Assembly: GCA_050186575.1 (NCBI GenBank)
Contig: JBFWYI010000006.1
Span: forward strand, 35,130-99,129
DNA length: 64,000 nt
Reading direction: 5' to 3'
Source: Sandaracinaceae bacterium
GTDB taxonomy: Bacteria; Myxococcota_A; Polyangia; Polyangiales; Sandaracinaceae
Shown one piece after another: positions 38,168 to 47,301 of the stretch (position 1 is its first letter; each line of letters begins with the position of its first letter). A program made the position numbers and the translations under genes. The notes under the pieces were generated by a model. It searched no databases. It saw only the letters and a list, made by a program, of their open reading frames with translations, and was not told the origin of the DNA.

Positions 38168-39070
38168 TCACGCGGTGTCTCGCGCGTAACGGCGCGGCGG
38201 CTGGCCGACGTGCCGAGTGAACGCGGTGCTGAAGGCGCTGGCCGAGCCGTAGCCCACCTTCTCCGCCACCTCGGCGAGCCCGGCGTCGGATCGACGCAAG
38301 AGATCTTTCGCCACCGCCATGCGCCACGTGAGCAGATACTCCATCGGCGAGAGCCCGACGCTCCGCGTGAACCGCTCGAAGAACGCGGAACGGGACAGCG
38401 CGGCCGTCTTGGCGAGCTCCGCGACCGTCCACGGTCGCGCGAGCTGCGCGTGCATGCTGCGCATCGCCGGCGCGATCCGATCGTCGGCGAGGCCGCGCAA
38501 GAGACCTGGCGGGGCGTCGTCGCCCGAGTTCGCGCGCAGCGCCTCCACCAGCAACACATCGATGAGCCGACTCAAGACGAGCTCGCGCCCCGCGCGGCGC
38601 TCGAGCGACTCTTCGCCGACCCACCGCACCAGCTCGCTCAGGCGCGCGGCGTCGCGCACGTGCACCAACGCCGGCAGGAGCGGGACGAGCAGCGCCGCGT
38701 CGGGCGAGTCGAACACGAAGTAACCGCCGAGCAGCCGCACGTCGGGGCGTCCGCCGCGCCGGCCGTGCCGGACCTCGCGAGCCGGGAACGTCCTGGCGCC
38801 CTTGGGGTGGAGCTCGACCGGCGTGGCTGGCTCGAACCCCGACATCGTGAACGCGGGCGTCGCGGGCAAGAGCACGAAGTCCCCTCGCTCCATCACGATC
38901 GGGCGCTGCCCGTCGACGGCGAGCCGGCAGCGACCGTCCAGCACGGCGCAGAAGCTCGGCTCCCCGAAGTCGGAGTACCGGACCGCCCACGGTCCGGCGC
39001 CGGTGATGCCCTTCGCGAACACGGCGCGCGGCTGCAGCAACCCGATGACCTCGGACAGTGGATCGGTCAT
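38168..39070 (-). CDS. AraC family transcriptional regulator (cupin-like N-terminal domain + HTH_AraC)
   Basis: The C-terminal tandem HTH 'WTVAELAKTAALSRSAFFERFTRSVGLSPMEYLLTWRMAVAKDLL...VAEKVGYGSASAFSTAFTRHVGQPP' is present. Confidence 0.8.
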   Translation of the reverse strand: MTDPLSEVIGLLQPRAVFAKGITGAGPWAVRYSDFGEPSFCAVLDGRCRLAVDGQRPIVMERGDFVLLPATPAFTMSGFEPATPVELHPKGARTFPAREVRHGRRGGRPDVRLLGGYFVFDSPDAALLVPLLPALVHVRDAARLSELVRWVGEESLERRAGRELVLSRLIDVLLVEALRANSGDDAPPGLLRGLADDRIAPAMRSMHAQLARPWTVAELAKTAALSRSAFFERFTRSVGLSPMEYLLTWRMAVAKDLLRRSDAGLAEVAEKVGYGSASAFSTAFTRHVGQPPRRYARDTA

Positions 39071-39165
39071 CCCTGGACTCCCTCGAATGAAATGCGGACT
39101 GCGTATGATAGATCGTCCGGCACGAGGGGACCATGGTGTCTCTCGACCACTCGAGAGGAGGATCC

Positions 39166-39909
39166 ATGAAGACCGTGCTCATCACCGGCTGCTCGTCGGG
39201 CTATGGACTGGAGACCGCGCGCTACTTCCACGCTCACGGCTGGAACGTCATCGCGACGATGCGCACCCCGACGGAGGACGCCCTCCCGAAGAGCGACTCC
39301 CTCCGCGTCGTGCCGCTCGACGTCACGAAGGAGGACAGCATCGCGGCGGCCCTCGAAGCGAGCGGCCCGCTCGACGCCGTCGTCAACAACGCGGGCATCG
39401 GCGCGGCAGGCGCGTTCGAGGCGACCCCGATGTCCACCGTGCGCGAGGTCTTCGAGACGAACACGTTCGGCGTGATGGCGGTGACCCAGGCCGTCATCCC
39501 GGCCATGCGCGAGCGCGGGTCCGGCGCGATCGTAAACGTCACGTCGAGCGTCACGTTCGCCCGTATGCCGCTCGTCAGCGTGTACGCCGCCAGCAAGCAC
39601 GCGATCGAGGGCTTCACCGCGTCCGTCGCGCTCGAGCTCGCGGAGCACGGCGTCCGAGCCAAGCTCGTCGAGCCGGGTTACGGGCCGGGGACGCGGTTCA
39701 CCGCCAACACCGGCACGCGCCTCGAGGGGACGATCCCGCCCGCCTACGCGTCGGTCGCGGCGCGCGCGTTCGGCTCGATCGGCCAGCGCGCCGAGGTGAC
39801 GCAGGCGAGCGACGTGGCCGAGGCGGTGTGGCGCGCCGTGCACGACACGACCGGTCAGCTCCGGTTCCCCGCGGGGGCCGACGCGATCGCGCTCTCGCAA
39901 GCCCGGTAG
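39166..39909 (+). CDS. Short-chain dehydrogenase/reductase (SDR)
   Basis: 'VLITGCSSGYGLETA' (TGxxxGxG), 'NNAG' and the catalytic 'YAASKHAIEGF' (YxxxK) are present. RBS GAGAGGAGG precedes the ATG. It is divergent from the AraC gene. Confidence 0.85.
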   Translation: MKTVLITGCSSGYGLETARYFHAHGWNVIATMRTPTEDALPKSDSLRVVPLDVTKEDSIAAALEASGPLDAVVNNAGIGAAGAFEATPMSTVREVFETNTFGVMAVTQAVIPAMRERGSGAIVNVTSSVTFARMPLVSVYAASKHAIEGFTASVALELAEHGVRAKLVEPGYGPGTRFTANTGTRLEGTIPPAYASVAARAFGSIGQRAEVTQASDVAEAVWRAVHDTTGQLRFPAGADAIALSQAR

Positions 39910-39913
39910 ACGG

Positions 39914-40849
39914 TCAGCGGATCTTCGTGAACAGCGGCGGCGCGAGCGGCTGCTGATCTGGCGACCCCTCGCGCGCGACGCGCAACGCCTCGTGCACCTG
40001 GCGCCGGATCATCTCGGCGAGCGAGCGCGTCGGCAGATCGTTGCAGTCGATGCCGAACGGGTTCTCGAGCTCGGCGGCCAGCACGTCGACCGCCGCGAGG
40101 ACGAAGAACGCCACCATCGCGATCGGGATCGCGCTCCATCCGAGATCGGCGTGCAGGCCGAGCGGTACGAGCAGCGCGAAGAGGAGGAGGAAGCCGCGGA
40201 TCACCGCCGTGAGCGCGAACGGGATCGGCGTGTTGCGGATCCGCTCGCACGCTCCGAGGACATCGAGCAGCGCCGCCGCGTGCGGCTGGAGCAGCAGGAG
40301 GCGCCCCGTGTCGAGCGTGCCGCGCGCGTTTCGTTCCGTCACCTCGCGCCACACCAGCTCGCTGACGTAGCTGAGCGGATGCGTGCGACTCGCCGCGTGC
40401 GCGCGCTCGTCGTCGGCGAGCGACTCCAGGTCCTTCGCGGTCAGCTCACCACGCAGGTGGAGCGAGAGACCGACCACGAAGTCACCGACCAGACCGGCCA
40501 TCCGGCGACGGCCGGTCGCGTCGTCCGCGTCCCACATCGCGTGGACGAGGTTCGCGAGGTTGCGGCAGTGATTGACGAGCAGCCCCCAGTGCTGTCGCCC
40601 TTCCCACCAGCGCGCGTACGCGTTGTTGATCCGAAACGCGAGCCCGAGGCTCACCGTGCCTCCGACGACGCTCAGCGCGGCGGCGCCGTGCGGGAGCTCG
40701 ACGCGGAACGCGAGCTCGAGGGCGCTCACCAAACACGCGGCGTAGACGCCCATCAGCACGGTCCCCATGAGCGCGCGACGCAGGGCATAGCTGATCGGCA
40801 GACGGACGATGTCGGTCCACCAGTGAGGATGTGGCTCGTAGCGGATCAT
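39914..40849 (-). CDS. Bestrophin / UPF0187 (YneE) family anion-channel-like membrane protein
   Basis: The conserved 'AYARWWEGRQHW' region and a four-TM topology are present. Confidence 0.7.
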   Translation of the reverse strand: MIRYEPHPHWWTDIVRLPISYALRRALMGTVLMGVYAACLVSALELAFRVELPHGAAALSVVGGTVSLGLAFRINNAYARWWEGRQHWGLLVNHCRNLANLVHAMWDADDATGRRRMAGLVGDFVVGLSLHLRGELTAKDLESLADDERAHAASRTHPLSYVSELVWREVTERNARGTLDTGRLLLLQPHAAALLDVLGACERIRNTPIPFALTAVIRGFLLLFALLVPLGLHADLGWSAIPIAMVAFFVLAAVDVLAAELENPFGIDCNDLPTRSLAEMIRRQVHEALRVAREGSPDQQPLAPPLFTKIR

Positions 40850-40898
40850 CGGAGCGCGGTAGAGTAGCCCGCGCCGAAGGCCAACGAAGGAGCGATCG

Positions 40899-41168
40899 AT
40901 GAGCGACGACGTGTGCGAGCACCTTTCCGCGATCGAGTCGATCCGACTCCCCGACGAGCGCGTGTGCGTCGACTGCGTACCGATCGGCGGGCGGTGGGTG
41001 CACCTCCGGACCTGCCAGACCTGTGGGCTCACGCGCTGCTGCGACAGCTCGCCGAATCGCCACGCGAGCGGGCATGCAAGAGAGAGCGGGCACCCCGTCG
41101 TCGCCTCCGCGGAGCCGAACGAGCGCTGGCTCTGGTGCTACGTCGACGAGGCCGCCGCGGAGTACTGA
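40899..41168 (+). CDS. UBP-type zinc-finger domain protein (about 89 aa)
   Basis: The 'CEHL...C.DC...GRWVHLRTCQTCGLTRCCDSSPNRHASGHARESGHP' Cys/His pattern is that of zf-UBP. RBS GAAGGAG precedes the ATG. Confidence 0.65.
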   Translation: MSDDVCEHLSAIESIRLPDERVCVDCVPIGGRWVHLRTCQTCGLTRCCDSSPNRHASGHARESGHPVVASAEPNERWLWCYVDEAAAEY

Positions 41169-42862
41169 CGCGCCGCCGCCGCGCGCCGCTCGAGCAACGC
41201 GAGGCGTCGGTGGATCGCGTGGACGACCACCGAGCCCTCCCCGACCGCCGACGCCACGCGCTTCACCGATCCGGATCGCACGTCGCCCACCGCGTAGACG
41301 CCGGGTTGGCTCGTCGCGAACGGCGACAGCTCGCGGTCCTCGTCCTCGAACCGACCGGTGAACACGAAGCCGTGCTCGTCGAGCTCCACGCACCCGGCGA
41401 GCCAGGCCGTGTTGGGCTCCGCCCCGATCATCACGAACAGCTGTGACACCGGGCGCGTCTCCTCATCGCCGGACTTGCTCCTCCACGTCACCGAGCGCAG
41501 CCACGCGTCGCCGTCGAGCGCGGTGATCTCCGTCTCCGTCCGCACCACGATCCGCTTGGACACGCGGATCCGATCGACGAGGTAGCTCGACATGCTCGCC
41601 TCGAGCGACGCCCCGCGCACGATCATGTGGACGCGCACCGCGTGGCGCGCGAGGAAGATCGCCGCCTGCCCGGCCGAGTTGCCGGCTCCGACGACCGCCA
41701 CTTCTCTTCCATCGCACAGCTGGGCCTCCATCGCGGTCGCCGCGTACTCGATGCCCTGCCCCTCGAACCGATCGAAGTTGGGCAGATCGAGCTTGCGGTA
41801 CCGCGCCCCCGTCGCGACCACCACCGTGCGCGCGTGCGCGACGCGCTCGTCGTCGAGCCGGATCCGAAACGTCGGACCGCTGCAGTCGAGCGAGCTCACG
41901 TGGCGCGACACCGCGAGCCGCGCGCCGAACTTCTGCGCCTGCACCTGCGCGCGACCGGCCAGCGCCTGCCCCGAGATCCCCGTCGGGAACCCCAGGTAGT
42001 TCTCGATCTTCGAGCTCGTCCCCGCTTGCCCGCCCGGCGCGTGTCCCTCCACGACGAGCGTGTCGAGCCCCTCGCTCGCCGCGTAGACCGCGGCGGCGAG
42101 CCCGGCCGGACCGGCGCCCACGACGACGACCTCGTAGACGTGCTCCTCGTCGAGCGGCTCGGTCAGCCCGAGCGCGTCGGCGAGCGCCCCGTTGCTCGGG
42201 TTCTCGATCACCTGGTGGTCGTGCGCGACGACCACGGGGAGGTGCGCGAGCTCGAGATCGAAGCACGGCTGGAAGTGACGCCCCTCCTCGCTGTCGAGAT
42301 CGATGAGCCGATGCGGGTAGCCGTTGCGCAAGAGGAAGCGCTCGATGCGCAGCGTGTCCGCGTTGGCCATCGATCCGATGAGCAGCGCCGCCCCCTGCGA
42401 GTAGCGGATCAACCCCACGCGCCGGAGGATGAACGCGCGGACGATGATCTCGCAGACGTCCGGCTCGGCCGCGAGCATCCGTCGAAAGCTCGCGTGCGGG
42501 ATCCGGAGCACGCGCACGTCGCCGCGGGCGCGACCGCTCACCAGGATCCGCCGGTCGTTGAAGAGATCGAGCTCACCGGTGAAGCCGAGGGCGTCGTGCG
42601 TGAACACGACCGACTCTTCGCCCGCGAGCGCCTCGTCGAGGATCTCGACGTGCCCCTCGACCACCACGAAGAAGTCCGGGCTCCGATCGCCGCGCCGGAA
42701 GAGGTACGCGCCGTCGCGCAACGACTCTTCCGCACCGTGCACCGCGAGCCGCTCGACCATCTCGGGCGTGAGGTGCGGGAACGTCTGCTCCACGCGGGCC
42801 GCCGGCTCGCTCGGGTCCAGGTCTTCGGGGCGCGCGGACGGTCGGTGCGAAGGGTCGGTCAT
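41138..42862 (-). CDS. Cyclic-nucleotide-binding domain fused to a thioredoxin-reductase-like FAD/NAD(P) flavoprotein; the canonical CxxC redox pair is replaced by a single Cys
   Basis: N-terminal cNMP fold ('LFRRGDRSPDFFVVVEGHVEIL...'). Then 'VVVVGAGPAGLAAAVYA' (FAD GxGxxG) and 'VAVVGAGNSAGQAAIFL' (NAD(P)H GxGxxG). At the position of the TrxR 'CATCDG' the sequence is 'AMEAQLCDG'. Confidence 0.8.
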   Translation of the reverse strand: MTDPSHRPSARPEDLDPSEPAARVEQTFPHLTPEMVERLAVHGAEESLRDGAYLFRRGDRSPDFFVVVEGHVEILDEALAGEESVVFTHDALGFTGELDLFNDRRILVSGRARGDVRVLRIPHASFRRMLAAEPDVCEIIVRAFILRRVGLIRYSQGAALLIGSMANADTLRIERFLLRNGYPHRLIDLDSEEGRHFQPCFDLELAHLPVVVAHDHQVIENPSNGALADALGLTEPLDEEHVYEVVVVGAGPAGLAAAVYAASEGLDTLVVEGHAPGGQAGTSSKIENYLGFPTGISGQALAGRAQVQAQKFGARLAVSRHVSSLDCSGPTFRIRLDDERVAHARTVVVATGARYRKLDLPNFDRFEGQGIEYAATAMEAQLCDGREVAVVGAGNSAGQAAIFLARHAVRVHMIVRGASLEASMSSYLVDRIRVSKRIVVRTETEITALDGDAWLRSVTWRSKSGDEETRPVSQLFVMIGAEPNTAWLAGCVELDEHGFVFTGRFEDEDRELSPFATSQPGVYAVGDVRSGSVKRVASAVGEGSVVVHAIHRRLALLERRAAAARQYSAAASST

Positions 42863-42904
42863 CGGCGCATCGAAGCACGAGCCGACGAGCCGGAGAAGGT
42901 GGTC

Positions 42905-43492
42905 TCAGCTCGGCACTGTGACGGTACGCGGCTCGCCGTCCGGGTGGCCGCAGCGCACCGTGACGACCGCGCCGCGACCGAGCGGATGGGCCTCGAGCAC
43001 CGGCGCGAGCGTCGACCACGTCGCCTCGGCGTCGAGCGAGTACACATAGAACGCCAGCTTGCCCTCCTTCAGCACGTGGGGCCCGCGCAGGTCGAGCTCC
43101 TCGCCCGCCGCCTCCTCGATCGCCTCGATGAGCGCGTCGAACACCTCCGTCTCGGGCACCGACGCGAGCTCGATCTCCACGCCCTCCGCCACGCCGAACG
43201 AGTACACGAGCTCCTCCTCGCCGCGCGGCACGATGAGCTCCGAGCGCTTGGGCATCCCGCACTGCGAGAGGAACCCCATCACCTCGCCGAACACCTCGTC
43301 GTCGTCGTCGAGCTCGAGCTCGATGTCGATGTGCTCGATGCGTCCGCCCTCCTTGAGTTGCGTCCCTCCGCCGTGCACCGTCCCGCGATCGCCCAGCCGC
43401 TCCATCAGCGGGTCCTCGTATCGCTCCCCGCGATCGATCGGCAGGATCGACTCCCACGCCCTCACCAGCGCGAACACGCGTGCCTCGCTCAT
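42905..43492 (-). CDS. Hypothetical acidic protein (195 aa)
   Basis: Balanced, Glu-rich ORF with no recognisable motifs. Confidence 0.45.
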   Translation of the reverse strand: MSEARVFALVRAWESILPIDRGERYEDPLMERLGDRGTVHGGGTQLKEGGRIEHIDIELELDDDDEVFGEVMGFLSQCGMPKRSELIVPRGEEELVYSFGVAEGVEIELASVPETEVFDALIEAIEEAAGEELDLRGPHVLKEGKLAFYVYSLDAEATWSTLAPVLEAHPLGRGAVVTVRCGHPDGEPRTVTVPS

Positions 43493-43556
43493 CGCCGTCG
43501 CTTACCGCGGCGGAGTGATCGCAGCAACGCACGAGGCCGCGGGCTATCCTCGCCGC

Positions 43557-43931
43557 ATGTCGGCACGTCTCACCCGGTCATCGGAGCGTCTCGCGGCCAC
43601 GCTCGGGATCGCCCTCTTCGCGCTCGCGCCGTCGATCGCGCTCGCCGATGTCCCGCCGCCCGACATCTGCGGAGAGCTGGGCACGGCGTGCACCGCCCCC
43701 GACGGCCAGAGCGGCCACTGCGCGGTGAGCACGTGCAGCCGCATCAACTACGGCCCGAACGGACCGGACGGCACGGCGGAGTACGAATGCAACCGGTGCC
43801 TGCCAGGCGCCCCCGAGGGCCAGAGCTCCAACTCGTCCTGCGCGACCGGCCGCGGCGGCCCGACCTCCCTCGCGTGGCTCTTCGCCGCGGTCGCGACGTT
43901 CGTCGTACGCCGACGACGCCGAGCCGAGTGA
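43557..43931 (+). CDS. Small Cys-rich secreted protein with a MYXO-CTERM-like C-terminal sorting tail
   Basis: Signal peptide 'LGIALFALAPSIALA', eight Cys, and the C-terminus 'CATGRGGPTSLAWLFAAVATFVVRRRRR' (Cys, hydrophobic helix, Arg cluster). Confidence 0.6.
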   Translation: MSARLTRSSERLAATLGIALFALAPSIALADVPPPDICGELGTACTAPDGQSGHCAVSTCSRINYGPNGPDGTAEYECNRCLPGAPEGQSSNSSCATGRGGPTSLAWLFAAVATFVVRRRRRAE

Positions 43932-44124
43932 TGCATACGGTCTTGTCGGTCCGAGTCAGCGCGCGCCCGGCGGGGGCATGAACCGTTCCGCGATCTCCGC
44001 GATGAGCTCCGACGGGATGCCATGGCGTTGCTCGATCGCGAGCGGATGGTCCGTCGGCTCCAGCTCGATGGTGGGCCGGCCGGGCGGTCGCATCGAACCG
44101 GACGAGCCGCGGTGCGCCTGCCGA

Positions 44125-45252
44125 TCAGAGAAACGGAGCGAGCGAGATCACGACGATCTCACGCTCGCGTGCGACCGCGATGCGGCGCCGATCCGGATCC
44201 AAGGCCATCGCGGGCGGGAGTGAGGACACCCCCCGGGTAATGCTGGATGTCTGCGTACCGGTGGGGACGTCGGGCCATGCGTGGACCACCGCGCCGTCCG
44301 ACAGCTGGACGAGCCGAGGGTGCTGGTAGAGCGCGAGGACGTGTCCCTCGCCGACACGCATGACGAGCCCAGCGGGCTGTTCGAGGCGGCAAGCCGATAC
44401 GCAGCGCGCTTGCCGCACGTCGTAGACGATCACACCGTTGGGCTCGAGACGTAACTCGTCTTGCCCGCTCTCACCACGTTCTGGGTCGCCGGTGTCGGCG
44501 TCCGCGGTGACGATGATCCGGTCGTCCGACTGCCATGTGGCGGAGGCCTCCTGGATCGCTTCTCCGGGCGCCGCTGCGCAGAAGCTCGCTCTGTCGAGGG
44601 TCGTCGGATCGCGCAACGCCGCGTCGACGTCGTAGAGCGCGACGGCGCTCCACGGGTGCCAGACCCATCCCGCGCTGAGGAGGCGCTTGCCCCCTGGGCT
44701 CACCTCGAGGCGCGACTGAAAGAAGTCTTCCGGCTGCGGCTCCTCCGGCCGCGCGGTCAGCCGATCGCCGGTCAGCGCGTCCTCCACGTGGAGGCGGTGA
44801 TAGTCGGTAGGGCAGTGCGCGAGGAGCACCCGCCCCTCGCGGGTCCAGAGACAGATCGGATACTCGTACGCGTTCGCGAAGTAGTAGCTGCGGTCGATCT
44901 CTCGGACGAGCTTACCTCGCTGGAGGACGAGGCCTTTCGTGCCGCCGCGCTCGTAGATCACCGCGACCGATCCATCCGGCGTCGCGACCGCCGCGTCGAA
45001 ACGGTACGCGTAGAAGACGTGCGCACGCTGGTGCGACCCGTCCAGCCCGTACCGATGCTCCCCGCTCACCCAGTCCACGAGGTGGTCGCCGTCCCATGTC
45101 AGCGAGCGGATCTCGTCCTTCGTCCCGAGCACCTGCACCGACCCGTCTATCGGACTCACGCAAGACTCATAGCAGCCCGCCTCGGCGGGCGGCAGCCGGC
45201 CGCGCGTCGAGAAGCGCCGGCTGGGAGATTCGCGGGCGCAGGGCGTATTCAT
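44125..45252 (-). CDS. Hypothetical protein, beta-propeller-like (start uncertain)
   Basis: Balanced composition with many W/Y/D. The upstream Met at 45261 would overlap the divergent ATG at 45260; Met-41 at 45252 was chosen. Confidence 0.45.
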   Translation of the reverse strand: MNTPCARESPSRRFSTRGRLPPAEAGCYESCVSPIDGSVQVLGTKDEIRSLTWDGDHLVDWVSGEHRYGLDGSHQRAHVFYAYRFDAAVATPDGSVAVIYERGGTKGLVLQRGKLVREIDRSYYFANAYEYPICLWTREGRVLLAHCPTDYHRLHVEDALTGDRLTARPEEPQPEDFFQSRLEVSPGGKRLLSAGWVWHPWSAVALYDVDAALRDPTTLDRASFCAAAPGEAIQEASATWQSDDRIIVTADADTGDPERGESGQDELRLEPNGVIVYDVRQARCVSACRLEQPAGLVMRVGEGHVLALYQHPRLVQLSDGAVVHAWPDVPTGTQTSSITRGVSSLPPAMALDPDRRRIAVAREREIVVISLAPFL

Positions 45253-45259
45253 ACGACGC

Positions 45260-45922
45260 ATGAGGTCGACCACTACCTGGCTCACCATCGCACCGGCGTC
45301 CCTCGCCCTCCTCGCGTGCGGCGACCCTGATCCGCCAGCCCCGACCGAGGCGGAGCTCGAAGCGCAGCGCATCGCACACGACTACGCCGCCGCGCACTTG
45401 CGACAGGAGGACCCGACGCCCGCCGCCGACCCCGCACCCGCGACACCGATGGCCCGGCTCCGCGGCTTCGCCGGGTTCTCCGCCGACGGTCGACGCTTCG
45501 CGTACGGATCGGCGAGCGCGAGCGGCGGCAGCAATACGTGCGTGCTCTGGGTGACGGAAGCCGGCTCGCCGTCGGCCGACGTGCTCGAGATGGTGTTCGA
45601 AGACAGCGAAGTAGACGGCGCACAGCGCCAGCTCGACGAGGGCGGCTTCACGGCCGAGCGACGAGCCGCGCCGGCCGACCTCACGCTGGAGGCGCACCTC
45701 ACCGACACGCCGCCGACCGTCACGCTCCGTCAGGGTGATCGCAGCGTGACGCATACGATCGAGGTCGCGCCCTTCCCTCCGACCGACACCGCGTCCATCT
45801 GGGGGATGTCGCCCGACGGAACGCACGTGGTGATCGACGTCCACGGACCGCAGGTGAACGGGATGTTGACGCAGGCGGGCTCGGGGACCGTGCAGTTCTT
45901 TCGCGTCGTCGCGATGCCGTAG
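45260..45922 (+). CDS. Hypothetical lipoprotein
   Basis: Lipobox 'LALLACGD'. Confidence 0.55.
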   Translation: MRSTTTWLTIAPASLALLACGDPDPPAPTEAELEAQRIAHDYAAAHLRQEDPTPAADPAPATPMARLRGFAGFSADGRRFAYGSASASGGSNTCVLWVTEAGSPSADVLEMVFEDSEVDGAQRQLDEGGFTAERRAAPADLTLEAHLTDTPPTVTLRQGDRSVTHTIEVAPFPPTDTASIWGMSPDGTHVVIDVHGPQVNGMLTQAGSGTVQFFRVVAMP

Positions 45923-46100
45923 TCAGGCGAGCAGACGCTCGCTCAGCTTCCACAGACGTCGCGGGTCCGCGGGGTCGATCGAGCTCGTACACGCGTCGCG
46001 GAGCCCGTGACCGATCGACGTCGACGCGAGCTCGTCCGCGCGATCTCCCCCTCGACGCGATCGCGATCTCGCGCGCACACCCGGCACGCCGGCGGTGCGG

Positions 46101-47018
46101 TCACGGCGACTCGATGGGCGTTCGCTCCACGTCGGTCGATGCCCCACACGTCGCGTCACCGCCGATCGCCATCTGCATCGCTTGCAGCTGGGTTCGTCCC
46201 ATCCAGCGGTCACTCACGATCTGCTCGATGAGGCCTGGCTCACAGCCGCCGTCCGACTCCGAGCCACGTCGCCCTCGGCGGGTGGATCGGCGGCCGCAGC
46301 GACGGCTCACCCACTCGTAGGTCGCCGCGAGTCGCTCGACACCCTCCGCCCGTTCGAGGAACGCTTCGTAGTTGCGGACTACGTACATCGCGTCCTCCAC
46401 GCTGAAGATCGCGCACCGATGTCGGAGGTAGGCCAGGTTGAAGTAGGCGTCGGCTCGCTCGGGGTCGAGCTCGATCGCACGCCCGTATTCACGCGCCGCC
46501 GCCTCGCGCTGACCTGTGCCGCGAAGCGCCACGCCGTAGCCGAGTCGAAGATCGTAGTCGCGAGGGCGTAGCTCGACCGCGCGGCCGAGCACCTCCACCG
46601 CACGCTCGTAGTCTCGTGTCTGGATGAGCATGTCCCCGAGCGCCGCCAGCGTCTCGATGCGGTCCGGCTCGAGAGCGCGGGCCCGAATCATCCGCCGCAG
46701 CGCCCCCACGCCGTCGCCGGCTCGCCACTGCGCAAGCCCACACGCGAAGTGCGTCCGCGCCGACTCGCCCTCCTCCTCCATCGCCTGGTCACACGCCTCC
46801 AGCGCGAGGGCCAGCTGGGACGGCGTCTGTTCGCTCTGGCTCAGGTACCACAAGCTCTGGTCGGCCAGCGGAGTGGGCCGCGGTGGCGGCGGCGAAGGGG
46901 CCGGATCGATCGGCTCCACGGGCTCCGCCGCGACGCTGGCCCTGACGGCGACCGGCGCAGGCTCACTTGCGCCTGCGCATCCGAGCAGAAGGAGGATTGC
47001 GACCGGCCAGCACCTCAC
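46101..47018 (-). CDS. TPR-repeat lipoprotein
   Basis: A GTG start gives 'VRCWPVAILLLLGCAGAS' (lipobox). At least four TPR motifs are present ('ADAYFNLAYLRHRCAIF...'). The longer ORF reaches 47114. Confidence 0.6.
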   Translation of the reverse strand: MRCWPVAILLLLGCAGASEPAPVAVRASVAAEPVEPIDPAPSPPPPRPTPLADQSLWYLSQSEQTPSQLALALEACDQAMEEEGESARTHFACGLAQWRAGDGVGALRRMIRARALEPDRIETLAALGDMLIQTRDYERAVEVLGRAVELRPRDYDLRLGYGVALRGTGQREAAAREYGRAIELDPERADAYFNLAYLRHRCAIFSVEDAMYVVRNYEAFLERAEGVERLAATYEWVSRRCGRRSTRRGRRGSESDGGCEPGLIEQIVSDRWMGRTQLQAMQMAIGGDATCGASTDVERTPIESP

Positions 47019-47128
47019 GAAGGGAGGATAAAGGTCGGGGTGGACCGCGTCACCGCCCGGTCGAACCGCCGGGGCCCAACCGCAAGAGCCCGACTCCGGC
47101 GCGAGCCGAGCCACACCCCAAACGCAAA

Positions 47129-47150
47129 GAGCCAGCCCCGAGGGGCTGGC
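47129..47150 (-). terminator. Hairpin GCCAGCCCC-tc-GGGGCTGGC followed by a T-rich run, directly downstream of tRNA-Asp
   Basis: A perfect 9-bp inverted repeat was read directly. On the minus strand it is followed by CTCTTT. Confidence 0.4.
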
Positions 47151-47163
47151 TCACTTGCAAGAG

Positions 47164-47237
<74 letters not shown>

Positions 47238-47301
47238 AAGAACTGAACGAAGGCGGCTATCTAGCGCGGTCCCCGAGGGGTGTCAAAGCGCTTCTGCGCA
47301 C

